Assembly: GCA_004431415.1 (NCBI GenBank)
Contig: QPMI01000106.1
Location: 287,182-351,181 of the forward strand
From: Cyanophora paradoxa CCMP329
Taxonomy: Eukaryota > Plantae > Glaucophyta
Reading direction: 5' to 3'
DNA length: 64,000 nt
In this document: one piece after another, positions 34,326-46,752 of the stretch
How positions within the stretch are numbered: position 1 is the stretch's first letter
Layout of the letters: every line of letters starts with the position of its first letter
Notes under the pieces: generated by a model
Told to the model about the DNA's origin: nothing
The model's database searches: none
Seen by the model: the letters and a program-made list of their open reading frames with translations, nothing else
Program-made: the position numbers and the translations under genes

Positions 34326-37300
34326 GCGTCACCAACGATCTTCTTGGTGGCCGAAAAGCCTTCTAGAGTACGCCTGCTCAGCAGAACGCGTCACTGAGGC
34401 ATCATTAGAAGCAGATCTAGAAGCGCTGGAAGGCACGCTTGCCGCACCGGTCGTCAGCGACCCATCAGCTGCTCTTCAGTCGTAGGCCGCGGGCGGCACG
34501 TTCGCAGTTTCCCGCCTCACCTGCAATCGGATCGAATCAGCACCCCGACCGAGGGCACAGCGAGCAATCAAGCGAGGCAAGCAAACAGAGATCTTGAATC
34601 AAGGTGCATGTGAGCACGCACGCACGCACACGGGCGCTCGATCCGTCGCTGGATGCGGAGGAAGCCCGCTCCGTCCGTTGACGAAGCCCAGGCGAGACCA
34701 GCGGACAGCCTGCGGGAGCAATACCATGAGAAAGCGCTTCAAAGCACACTCGTTAAGCGCCTCGTGCGTACGTTCCGCGAGTTCACGCCGAGGCGTGGGC
34801 GAACCTGGCGAAGTCGACCTGGAAAAGGAGCAGGCAGACGACCTGAGAAAGCGGTCAGATAGCGCTCCGAATTCAAAAAGCGAGGCGAATCTTGCGAACG
34901 CACCGCTCCTTGCAGGCGCCGAACAGCGATCGGGCTTGCAGATCGCTCTCCCAACGGCCCCCGCGCTCGCTGCGCCTCCGGGAACGTGGAGGATGCGCTC
35001 AGGCCGCTCTGCGACCTCGCTGGTCGCCTGCCCGCCCCGCCGCTGGAAAGTCCGAGCGACCCGACTGCCGGCTTGTATACCCCAGGGGTGAAGAGGGGGG
35101 GGGGGGGGGGGGGGCCGGAGAAGCAGTGGATGCTCCAACGCGCGCGATCGACGTCGCCATCAAACTCGAGCGGATATCGATGCGCCGGACGAGCCGGGTG
35201 CGGGACGCCGGCATCGTGCGATCATCGGATTAGCGCGTCAAGCGTTGTCCGAGCTGCCGCCGCGCAGGTGCACCGCGGCCGGCGCGTTCGACGCGGCGCT
35301 TCCTCTACGCTCCGGCACAGGCGCGCTGTGCATGCCCGTCTTGTCTCCGATCAAGCTCGCCGTGCGCCCTCCTCAGCCATCAGAGCTCGCGCGTCTGCGG
35401 CTCGGGCTGCTATAGCTAGACGCGCGCCCCGTCTGCTGTCCCCCAGCCTCTGCAGCTGGCAGTGACGCCGGTGTCCCCCAGCCTCTGCAGCTGGCAGTGA
35501 ATTCGGGGCGCCTGGCTGAATTCAACCTTTCGTCGACCTGCGCGGCGAGCGGCGCGCCGGCGGACGCCGCGGCGGTCCAAGCGGCCCGCGCATGCGCAGC
35601 GGCCCGCACTCCACGCCCCGCGCCGTCCCTGCGCCTCATGCGGACCCCGCGCAGCTTGGCCCCACCGTCGGTCAGACCCGCCGTCCTCGCAACCCTCTCC
35701 GATCGGCGCTCCTGCCGTCTCTCCGTGCGGCCCGTCCCCCCGCCCGACGCGCTCTCGCGCCCCGACGCGCGGCGGCCCCGCAGACGATGAGCAGGGCCCT
35801 CGCTACCGGCGCCCCGCCGGCACCCGCGAGGGCGCCGTCAAGACGCCTCCGCCCGCCCCGGCGCCCAGGTGCCCGCGAGGCCGCCCCGCCCGCCTTCGCC
35901 CCTGCTCCGACGGCGCCGTACCCCCGGCCGTCCCCTCGTTGTGTCCGAGCCGCGGCGCGTGGGGTACGGCTTCAGGCTCGACCAGCTCTTCTACGCCCGG
36001 CCCCTGCATGGACCCGGACTCGCAGGCCCGCCCGCCCCGCTCCGCCCGCCCCTTACCTCTGACCCTGGGCCCGCCGACTCTGACCCTGGGCCGGCCCACA
36101 CAGGCGGCGGAGAAGATCAAGGCGGTGCAGACGAAGGCGATCTGGGCGGGAACGGGAACCTCCATCACGAGCTACCTCGGCCCCACGCGCATCGCCGTGT
36201 TCGGGATCCCCCCCCCTTCTCCCGCCCTCCCCTATGCTCGCCCTGTACCCTGCGGCCCGCCCGCTCATCCGGTATCCCAGCGGCACCTGGATCAAGGACT
36301 CGCCCATGGCCCAAGGACTTCGTCCGCGCCCTGCAGGCGAGCCCCCCGGGGGGGGGGGGGGGTACACGGGCCTGATCTAGGCCCGCGCAGGAGCGGTTCC
36401 ACGTTCCCCTATATATCCCCCGGCTTCGTCCCTCCCCCTCCTCCCCCGGCATGTACCCCCCTCACGCCCCTCCCCCCTGAGGACGCCCTAGGCCCTAGGT
36501 CGGTTCGCCCTCGCGAACTTCCCCGACGTCAGCGCCATGGGCGGTGCGGCCGTGTACCCCCCCCCCCGCGCGGCTCGCGCACCCCGCCGAGCCAGAGTCG
36601 ACGGTGCTGGCGTGCCCACGCCTGGCCCCGATCATGGTCCGCTTGGGGAACCGAGGTCCGGATCCGTCCGCCCCGCTCGAATTCTTTCCCTCCCGTACCC
36701 CCCTGACGCCCCCCAGATCGACTGCTTCGTCTCGGGGACGGACGTCGAGCCGCCGGGGGCGTCCGCCGCCTGCGGCGAGCGCCTGCTCCTGCTCGGAGGC
36801 TGCTCCCCCGCCTTGGTACCCACCACCCCGCCCCTCCTCGTCCACCTCGCCAACCGCGGCCGCGACACGAGGAAGTGCCGTACCCCTCCCTGGTCCCCGA
36901 TCCCTGTTCCCCCTCCACCCCCCTCCTCCTCCCGCCAGCTCACTCCGCGCTTCCCGCGGGGGCCCGCTCGGGGGCCGAGGGGGCCGAGGATGCCGTACCC
37001 CGCCCCGCGCCTCGTGTACCCCGCCCCGCCCTTGACCATCGCCCGCAGGCTTCTTCCTCAACGGCGGGGTTCAGGCTGTGACTCCGCGTGTGCTTTACCC
37101 ACGCCGAGACCGCGGTCCCTGCCACTCCCTCCTCCTCCTCCTCCCCTGATCTCTCTTCACCAACCCCCCTGCCACTTTCTCCGCCCCCCTCTGGGCCGCC
37201 CGCACCTCCCCCTCCCCCGGTTCCAGTCGCTGCGCGGCGCGGGCCGCTGCGGGGCGGACGTACTCCCCTGCCACTCCCCCCGCCCCTGGCCCCTCTGGGC

Positions 37301-39749
37301 CGCCCCCCCGCCGAGGCCCGCGGCCCGCGCGCCTGTACCCTCGCGGTGCCCCACGGCCTCGCCCCGCCCGTCCCTCCCGTGCCTCCGACCGCGCCTCTGC
37401 ACCCCCGAGGCGCCCGCGGCCCGCCTGCATCCACTGTCCGCCACGCGCAACTTAGAGCGCGAGTACGGTGCGCGGAGCCGGCCGCCGCCCGCCCGCCCGC
37501 GCCCCGCCTGCGCCCTGCGGCTCTGACGCGGCGGCAGCTCCCGCGGTCCCTCCGACAGCTCAGCGCCGGCCGGACCGGCGCGCACCGCCCCTGGCCGTCG
37601 CCGGCGGCTGCTTGTGCGCCCTCGGTCGGGCGGCCCCGGCGCTCCAGGCTCCGCATCGGCAGGCTCAGAGCCCTCGAGGGTCCGCCCGCCGCCCGTCGGC
37701 GCTCGCCCCGCGCGTCGACGTCTCCCCGAGGCCCCTCCGGCCCGCCCGCAGCGCTGGCGCTCGGCCAGTGGCGCGCCGCCCCGCCGCCCCGCCGCCCCGC
37801 CGCCCGCAGCTCCAATCCGCCGTCCCGTCGCGTGCGGCGACCGGCGGCTCCCGCCGGCGGCCCCGCCGCCCTCTTCGCGCGGGGCGGCCCCGCCGTCCGC
37901 TTCGCGCGGGGCGGCGCCTCCTCGCCGACCCGCGCCGCCTCTGCCGGCGAGCGCCCTTCTTCCCCTCTCGCGCGGCCCGCGCTGATCGGCGGCCCACTTC
38001 GGCGCATAGGCGGGCGCAGAGGGCGCGTTAGCAGGGCTAAGCGGCAAGGGTGCGGTACCCCGTCCCGCGCCTCCGCTGCCGCGCCCCGCCATCGAGCATC
38101 CCCCGCAGGCTTCGTCCTCGTTCTCCAAACGGGCGGCGCGGGCCGAGGCTCGGCGGGGGTACAGCCGGCGGCAGGACGGCGTTGCGCAGAGCCGTACCCC
38201 GCCCCGTCCCCGGGCACCGGCTCGGCGGGGCGGCGTACCCTTCCCGCGTCTGCGCCCCCGCCTGCCCCGGCACGCGCCGCCGCCGCCCCACTTCCGCCCC
38301 ACTGCCGCTCCCGCGAACGGCCGGCTGGCGGCCGGGCAGGGGCTCGCGCCCGGCGGCCTCTGCGGGTGTCGTACCCCTCCCGCGTCTCCCGGCGCCTACG
38401 CCCGACTCTCCGCGCAGGCATCGGTCCGCCGGAGGCGCTCAAGGGCCCTCTGGGGTCCTCTGCTGCTCCCCTCGCCGAGGGCGGGCCCGGGGCCGAGGGG
38501 CCGAGGGTGCGGCACCCCGCCCCGCGCCTCGTTTACCCCGCCCCGCCCTTGACCATCCCCCGCAGGCCTCTTCCTCAACGGCGGGGTTCAGGCTGTGGCT
38601 CCGCGCGGAGACCGCGGCCCTGCCACTCCCCCCGCCCACCGAGGCCCCTCGTTCCCCTCGCGGCGCCCACGGCGCCGACCTGCCCGTCCCTCCCTCCGCT
38701 CAGCGGGGCGGGCAGGCGGGGGCGGGGCTGCTGAGCGCGGCGGCGGGCGGGCGGGCGGCGGTGGCCCAGTGGCGGCGCCACCTCGCGTCCCGACTCCGAC
38801 CGCGCCTCTGCACCCCCAGCCCCGCTGGCCGCCCCGAGGCGCCCGCGGCCCGCCTGCATCCACTGTCCGCCACACGCAACTCAGAGCGCAAGTACGGTGC
38901 GCGGGGCCGGCCACGGGCCTCCCGCCCGCGCCCCGACTGCGCCCTGCGGCTCTGACGCGGCGGCAGCTCCCGCGGTCCTCTGACAGCTCAGCGCCCGCCG
39001 GACCGGCGCGCACAGCCCCTGGCCGCCGCCGGCGGCTGCTTGTGCGGCCTCGGGCGGGGCGGCCCCGGCGCTCCAGGCTCCGCATCGGCAAGCTCAGGGC
39101 GGGCCCGGGGGGCAGGTAGGCGCGGCCTGCATCCGCGCTGCCCTTGAAGGTCTGCGCAGCCGCCCGCCCCGTGCGATTCCCCGAGGCCCCTCCGACCCGC
39201 CGCAGCGCTGGCGCTCGGCCAGTGGCGCTCCTCCGCCGCCGCCCCGCCGCCCCAGCCGCGCCGCGACGTCGACGTGCGGGGCGCGCGGGCGAGCCCTCGT
39301 TCTCCAAACGGGCGGCGCGCGGCGCGGGCCGAGGCTCTGCGGGGCTGCAGCCGGCAGCAAAGCGTGACGGCAGCGGGGTACAGGCGGGGGGGGGTACGAT
39401 CGCGAGGGTGCGGTACCCCACCCCGCCTCGTGTACCCCGCCCCGCCCTTGACCATGCCTCGCAGGCTACGTCCTCGTCCCTGCGCGCGGCGAGGGTACAG
39501 CCGGAATCTTGGAGGATCTCCGCAAAGGCGCTTGGGCCGCGGTCTCCGCATGGGGTACGGGACGCGCGGAGCGACATCCTGATCCTGATCCTCGGCGCAT
39601 CCTGATCCTGATCCTCGGCGCGCCCCAGACCAGCGCGGAGGCCGCGGCCCAAGCGCCGCCGCGGGGGTACCGGAGCCGTCGGAAGACTCGATGGACGGCG
39701 TGCGCCCCGCCCCGCCCCGCCCCGCCCGTCCCCTCCTCCCCTCTCCGCT
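30311..39749. repeat. 9.44-kb tandem duplication, unit 2
   Basis: Ends at ...CCCCTCTCCGCT (39749), matching 30301-30312. 2-nt CT microhomology at the junction. Confidence 0.95.
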
Positions 39750-42700
39750 CGCCCATCGTGATCGGCGGGGCGGGCAGGGGGAGCGGGGGCTGCAGAGCGC
39801 GACAGCGAGCAGGCGGCGACGGGCGGGCGGCGCGTCCGTCACCCAAAAGCCAGCCCGCGTGGTGCCCCGCCCCGCCCTGCCCCGCTACGTGTAGACGCCC
39901 CGCCCCGCCTCAAAAACATAAAAGGTGGGCACGAGTTTGAGAACGTTTCCGTTTTAGGTGCCTCCATTTACATTAACGCGTACGTTTTCGATTGCAAGCT
40001 TGAATGTATCTGCTGATCATGCACTCGTGAACTGCATAATCAAATATATATCGCAATACAAGCTTCCAAGTATCATAGTATCACGATAAGGGGCACGGGA
40101 ACGCAGATCACCAAAAACAAAGCGGCATGAGCTATGCAAATGAGTAGAAAAATCAGAGGATTATAATTAGTTGCAAGGGGGGGTACCCCCTCCCTTGCTC
40201 CCCTGGTGAATTGGTGCGGCGTACTTTCTGTGTTAGCAATTTTTGTAAGATGCGATCCTTTGCATGCGCTCTCGTATAGGTGTGATCGCATCATAGCCGC
40301 TGCGAGCGGCGAAAAACAATGCAAGGGCGGGGCTGCACAAACATGTCGAGCTCGCGCCTCACCCGCTATTGCTATATATGCCAAACCACGTGCTCCTGAA
40401 TGCTCTCAATGCGCTCTACAAACTCTGTCATACATGTCCGGGCTCGAGAAGCGGCGCGCGGCGCGCTAGGCCGCCTCAAGTACCTGTTGTACCGGGCGCC
40501 GAAAAAAGCGCTCCTGAGAGTTTGGAATGGGGTTTTTTCCGGCACCCCTGCAGCGGCTGACCCCCATCAAGCGTGAACCGGGTACGCGTCGCTCGAGCTG
40601 CCAGCCATCGATCGGCGCCGGCGCCCTCAGCGAGCGGCCGAGTGCGTGCGCGTTGTCGGACATGCTGGAGAGTCGTTCGCCGGGCTTCGGACCCGGCCGC
40701 TCAAGCCGCTCTCCCGGCCCAACTTCGTTCTCAACATGGCGCTCCCACCTGGTTCAGCATAGGAGCTACCGAGCATAGGAGCAGCGAAGTTGAGCGCTAG
40801 CTATGCTCGAGCTCGCAGCCTCCGACCCGCCCGGCTGCCATCCTGCAGCTGGCGGCAAATGTACTCGCTGGCTGGCACGTGAGAGAGTGCAGAAAGAAGG
40901 CGCCCCCTACGCAGCGTTCCGGTGCGCACCCGGGCCGCGGCGTTTCGCCCACCCTCCAGCTCTCGGTTTCTGACGGACTCCGGTTCAGGCGGACTTCAGC
41001 TCGGCGATGTCAAGCCCTTCAAGCGCAAGTACGGGTCGAATCACCACTCGCACGCCTCGGCCCGCGGCCGGACCGGATGTGTGGCTTGACCCGCGGCCGG
41101 CGCTCCGTTAGCTGTACTACGGTAGCGGAGGGCGGCGGCGTCGCAGTATTCGCAGCGCTAGCTGCTCCTAGTAAGCCGCACCGGGCTGCTTCCCTGCCCG
41201 CTGCTCCCAGCTGCTCCGCGCGCCCGCTGCTTCAGCAGCTGCTCCCTGCCCGTCGCCCGGCCCGCTGCTTCAGCTTCGTCGACTCCAGGTTCGCCCCGGC
41301 CCTGCCGGCTCCGCTGCTGCCGCGCGCGTCACACGGCCGACCTCGCTGGGCCCCGCGCCGGCGCCGGCGCTGTCAGTGTCCGGGGCAAGCTGACGCCTCG
41401 GCCCTGCGCACGCAGGCTACACGCCTGGCCCGGCGCCACCTGCCGCTCCGCCCGCTTCCCCGCCCGCCGCCCTGCCGGCTGCCTCAGCTTCGTCGACTCC
41501 AGGTTCGCTCCGCCGCCGCTGCTGCGCACCTGGCCCGGCCGCCCCCGCTGGGCCTCGCCCCCGCACGGCCGCTGTCCGGGGCGAACTGACGCCTCGGTTC
41601 TGCACATGCGCAGGCTACGTGCAGGGCCCGATGCCACCTGTCTCTCCTCCGGATCCCGCTTTCCCGCCCGCCGCCGCCCTCGCCTGCCCGCCCGCCTGGT
41701 GCCGCCGCCCGCGTCGCCACCCCACCTACCCGCCTCGCGACCCCGCCCGCCTTGCCCGGCCGCCCGCCTTGCCTCTCTAGCTGCCCTCTCCGCCCCCCTC
41801 CCCTACGGCCCCCGCCTCCCCCCCCAAGTACCCTGCAATGTGTACCAGTACCCCCCCTTGCACCTCCGCGCGCGGCCCGCACTTGCCGCACTTGCACAGG
41901 GCCGGGCGCGGTCTGCTAGTAGAATAATAATTGGAGTCGCGATCGGTAGAAATCGAATTCAAATTCAAAGAGCTCAAAGACATACTACTACGATAAGCAC
42001 ACTTACTAAGTTATAAACAAGCGAGTCCCTGCGGAGCAGGAGTGGCCTTGGGTCTTGGGGTTTCAAGACGTGAGGGTGGCCGCTCTTTGTTTTTAAACGG
42101 GGGCCGGCAACCGCGCGCGGTTACCGTACTGTTGAGAGGACTATGCCGCCTATAGCTAGAATCTTCTAGCTTGGTCTAGCTAGCGCCAGCGATAGCTATG
42201 CATATGTAGTAGCCTAGTAGCGGCGCTTGCTGGCGCCGGCGGCGAGCCTGGCGCGGCCGGCGCGCGCCGGCGTCCGCGATCGCGACGGTCGCGGCGATCG
42301 ATCGCGATCACGTCGGCGCCGGAGCTATAGCGCTAGCGCTCGATCGATCGTTGATCGCGATCGTTAGCGAAGCGACGCGCGGCGATTCTGCCGGCGAAGC
42401 GCCTAGTGACTCCAGCCTTCCAGCCGGGTACAGAGGCTCTTTGCAATTTCCATCGGCGAAGGGGAAGCAAGCTGGAACCAATGACAATCGCGCTTGTCCG
42501 TGAATGGGTGAATTGACTTTTTGTGCCAATGGCGATCGGGCTTAACGCGAACAATTTCGTTCGTACGTGCTGTTAGTGCTTGTTAGAGGTGTCACATTTG
42601 AAAAGTAGCGCCGCCATCGTGCTCCCTAGGGTCGAAAATGGGTACCTAGGTCTAAAAATTTTGTCTATAAAATCAAGTTGAAGTTTGCCACAAGATAGGC

Positions 42701-42900
42701 ACAGACCTAAGGGCCTCTCCTTTCCCCAAGGCCGATTAAGCTTGCACACTTAAGCATACTATTGCATGCGCAAATTGTAATTACTATTTAGTGGCATCAT
42801 GGCATGCATGCAAAGAATCGCTGTTGCGGCGAAAAACCACTTCAGCGACGCCTCGGCCCGCCCCGACGGAGGGGCGAGCTTTCAGCAGAAAATTAAATGA

Positions 42901-43800
42901 GACCAAATCCGCTCGCCCCGAAGAAGGGACGGGCTTCAGAGGCCAAACAAGACCAAATCCGCTCGCCCCGAAGAAGGGACGGGCTTCAGAGGCCAAACAA
43001 GACCAAATCCGCTCGCCCCGAAGAAGGGACGAGCTTCAGAGGCCAAACAAGACCAAATCCGCTCGCCCCAAAGAAGGGACGAGCTTCAGAGGCCAAACAA
43101 GACCAAATCCGCCCGCCCCGAAGAAGGGACGAGCTTCAGAGGCCAAACAAGACCAAATCCGCTCGACCCGAAGAAGGGACGGGCTTCAGAGGCCAAACAA
43201 GACCAAATCCGCTCGACCCGAAGAAGGGACGAGCTTCAGAGGCCAAACAAGACCAAATCCGCCCGCCCCGAAGAAGGGACGAGCTTCAGAGGCCAAACAA
43301 GACCAAATCCGCCCGCCCCGAAGAAGGGACGAGCTTCAGAGGCCAAAACAAGACCAAATCCGCCCGCCCCGATGGAGGAGCAGGCTTCAGAGGCCAAACA
43401 AGACCAAATCCGCCCGCCCCGAAGAAGGGACGAGCTTCAGAGGCCAAACAAGACCAAATCCGCCCGCCCCGAAGAAGGGACGAGCTTCAGAGGCCAAAAC
43501 AAGACCAAATCCGCTCGACCCGAAGAAGGGACGGGCTTCAGAGGCCAAACAAGACCAAATCCGCTCGACCCGAAGAAGGGACGAGCTTCAGAGGCCAAAC
43601 AAGACCAAATCCGCCCGCCCTGAAGAAGGGACGAGCTTCAGAGGCCCAACAAGACCAAATCCACTCGCGCCGATGGAGGGGCGAGCTTCATAGGCCAAAA
43701 CAAGACCAAATCCGCCCGCCCCGATGGAGGAGCAGGCTTCAGAGGCCAAACAAGAGACCAAATCCGCCCGCCCCGATGGAGGAGCGAGCTTCAGAGGCCA
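42901..43800. repeat. Minisatellite, 18 units of ~50 bp (GACCAAATCCGCYCGCCCCGAAGAAGGGACGRGCTTCAGAGGCCAAACAA)
   Basis: Units at 42901, 42951 ... 43756, with a degenerate half unit at ~42856. No unique spacers. Confidence 0.95.
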
Positions 43801-43835
43801 GAGGCTGCAGCTGCTCGCTGGGTTGGGCCGGGGCC

Positions 43836-45112
43836 TCAGGCTGAAGCTGTCCGGATGGCTGCGAGGACGCATGCCAGCTCTTGAGCCGCGTTGCTGCAGG
43901 AGGCTGCCGAGCTGGGCTTGCTGAGCCGCCCCGGCCGCGGCGCTGATGGCATGGCTGCAATCTGGCAGGCCAGCTCCACCGCTACGGCGCCGTGCCAGTT
44001 GCACCAGCTGCGCACGCGCATGCCGGACTCGTCGACATCGCTGGAGTTGTTGCCGACGGCTAGGAAGGCGCCCCTAAGGGCTGCCATCTCGCTGCTGACG
44101 GGCTTGGGGAGCCGGGAGCCCCGCTGCAGCTTCGAATCAATATTCGTCATCATCCCGTAGAGGACCGGCCGCTGGCTGCACTCTTCGGCTGCAGGATCCG
44201 CGGCCGGCGCCGGCGCTGGCGCTGCAGCTGCTGAGGCCGGGGCCGCTGCTGCGTCGACGTCGTTGACTGCTGCAGCTGCATCCGCGGCCGGCGCCGGCGC
44301 TGCTGCTGCTGCTGTAGTCGGGGCTGCAGCTGCGTCGTCGATCGCTGGATCCTCGGCCGCGGCCGGAGCTGCAGCTGTACATGTGATCTGATATACGCGG
44401 ACGGATCGACGTCAGCGAAAAAACGCGAGAAAGGGCTATAGCTAGCGCTGCTAGTAGCGCAGCGCAATTGCAACGTGCAACACACACCTCCACATCGCTG
44501 TCCGCTGAATTAAAATATTGTCCTGCAGCTGCAGCTGCGCAACGAAAAAGGAGAAGTGCGCGTCAGCGGCGGTCCGGTCGATACGTTTATATATATATAT
44601 ATATATATATACGAATACGTATACGTATACGTATACGTACGCGTACGTATATATATACGTATACGTATACGTATACGTATACGCCTGAAATATAAATATA
44701 TGTGTAAAGCTTTAGCGGCAGCGCTAGCGCGCGCATGCGCGCGCGCGTATACGTAGGCGTTCGCGTGCACACACCTCGTCGACGTCTGTTGAGATCTTCA
44801 CCAGAGTCTGCGGACGAGGAGGCGGCCGGCGTCATGATCAGGCGAGTTTTACTGAAGTGGAAAAGGGACGCAACGCGCGCGCACCTCACTCCGGGACTCC
44901 GACTCCGAGCCGCTGTCGCTCACCTCGGGCTCGGAGTCGGAGTCGGGCTGCGGCTGCTTCGGCTGCGGCTGCGGCTGCGGCTGCGGCTTTGGTGCTTGCC
45001 CGAACAGTTTCTCGACGACGTCGACGAAACTGTCGAGGGCTAGGCTGCAGGTGCGGTCGACGACGGCCGTCGCCCGCTGCAGGCTCTTGAGGATACCGGC
45101 GAAGCAAGGCAT
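43836..45112 (-). pseudogene. Possible degenerate spliced gene, unknown product
   Basis: Exon-like segment ...LALDSFVDVVEKLFGQAPKPQPQ...SESESRSE followed by a GTGCGC donor, and a 105-aa ORF at 43836-44153. Interrupted by microsatellite. Confidence 0.25.
44588..44682. repeat. Self-complementary microsatellite (TA)n/(TACGTA)n
   Basis: Read directly from the sequence. Confidence 0.95.
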
Positions 45113-46020
45113 GTTAGAGCGGGAGAGCGGGAGGCCCTAGGAGCGCGGGTTTTACGCAGCAGCGGGACGCTGAAGCAGAATGAGGAGAGCTGCGGCGCGC
45201 GCACAGCTCGCTGCGGGCCGGGACATGTACAGTGCGTCCTAGGAGCACGAGCTATTCTGGGAGCTCGAGTGCGAGCTCGAGGCCCGCGGCGCCGGCGCGT
45301 CCTAGGAGCGCGAGCTATTCGAATTCTAGTTCTGGCCATGGGAGCTCGATCGACGCGAGTGCGAGCGAGGCAAGTGCACTGCGCATGCGAGCTCGAGCTC
45401 CCGGCCCGCGGCCGGCCCGGCGCCTCGCGATCGCGATCGCGGGGCCAGCTGCAGGCTCCGATCCGCGGCCCGCGCCGCCGCGGCATATATGCATATATGC
45501 ATGCAGCGGCGCAGTCGCATCTCAGCTAGCGCTAGCGCTATAGTTTTTCCAATATGACGTCAGGACAACAATCTCTGCAAGGTAATAACTTACTAATAAG
45601 ACGTGGTTACCGAGCGTGCTAGCTCTTTTTCTTCGAATTCGAATTCGAATTCGAAGTTCCCCGGCCCCGATCGATATCATGGTTCGAATTCCCCGCGCCG
45701 ATGCGCGAATCCGGATATCGATCGAATCCGGATCGTCGAGGCTCGGCCCCAATCGATATATCATGAACGACCGGCTGCGGGAGCCCGGATCCGGAAAAGC
45801 GCTAGCGTATACGCCACGTGCACGCGTACGGTATAATCATCGACGTCGATTATGAATCTATGATCGATCAACGTCGATCGACCGGCGAGTCGGCGCGCGC
45901 CGCGGCGCGCGGCGACCGGCGACCGCAGCTGCAGCGGCTATAGCTAACAATCATGCGAGTGGCTAGGAGGCTAGTAGGAGCATATGCGCAACTCTTCAAA
46001 AAACTAAAAAACTATTTTTT

Positions 46021-46110
46021 TGGAGTGGGTTTTTTAGGACCCCTTCACTCGATTTGTTTTTGCAATTGGGAACTGGAGTGGGTTTTTTTAGGATCCCTTC
46101 ACTCGATTTT
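46021..46110. repeat. Two direct copies (period 53) of TGGAGTGGGTTTTTT(T)AGGAYCCCTTCACTCGATTT
   Basis: Copies at 46021 and 46074. A weaker related motif lies at ~40523-40549. Confidence 0.8.
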
Positions 46111-46359
46111 TTTTGTTTTTGTTGAATTACAGGTCACTGCGGCGGTCGACGTCAGTCTCTACTAACTGACTCTCTAGACGTTGACATGTACACCAGCGCT
46201 AGCACTCGAACTCGAGATCGAGGGCACTATATATATCGCGCGGGGCGCGCGCGCTAGCGCTATATATGTCGATATCCGATGATCGCGATCGCGAGCCTAG
46301 ACGTCGACGTCGACTAGTGAATCAGTAGTACCAGTAGTGATCATGAAGGGCGAACGTTT

Positions 46360-46752
46360 AATATTACCGCGTTATTTTTTAAATATTACCGCGTTATTTT
46401 TTAATCCGAATTAATGATTGCAGACTTGGGGAAGGCAGCGGCGCGCGGCGCGGAGGCATGCATGTGCAGAGCTAGCGGCGTGCTGAGGGTTTGCGGCGCC
46501 TGTGGGGAGGGGCGTCGGCTGCTTAAGCTTCTCGAAGAAACCGGAGATAGGCTTCTTGGACGAGCTCGAGGTGTCCGACGGTCCTTTGCGCGCGCGTTGA
46601 ACGGATCGAACTTCTTCGGTCGCGATATCGATGACGTCGACCCTGGGCCCGAGCCGGATCGATCCCACTTCGAAAAAGTTTTAGCGCGGTAATTAATTTG
46701 GCAGCGCGGTAGTTAATTATAAGTCAGCGCGGTATATAAGTTTTACACGGTA
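46360..46752. mobile_element. Possible DNA-transposon remnant/MITE with inverted subterminal TACCGCG repeats
   Basis: TACCGCG x2 on + (46365, 46387) and x3 on - (46683-46734) in AT-rich DNA. The right end reads TA-CCGTGTAAAA on the minus strand. No matching left terminus found. Confidence 0.35.

Noticed and set aside
41260-41640. ~210-bp duplicated exon/intron-like unit (FVDSR|GTTCGC...GCAG|GY) as a gene
   Set aside because: Too short and degenerate to assign a start, stop or product.
42430-42510. MULE transposase CxxH-like peptide (LCNFHRR)
   Set aside because: Short frame closed by stops, with no DDE context.
42901-43800. CRISPR array, or the long repeat ORFs 42791-43693 and 42897-43844
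   Set aside because: There are no unique spacers and no cas genes, and the context is eukaryotic. The 50-bp period is not a multiple of 3, so the ORFs reflect a stop-free repeat.
46334-46339. CACTA terminus (GTAGTG; CACTAC also at ~5992, 6608, 7149)
   Set aside because: No extended paired TIRs or TSD. The other hits lie inside the retroelement insertion.
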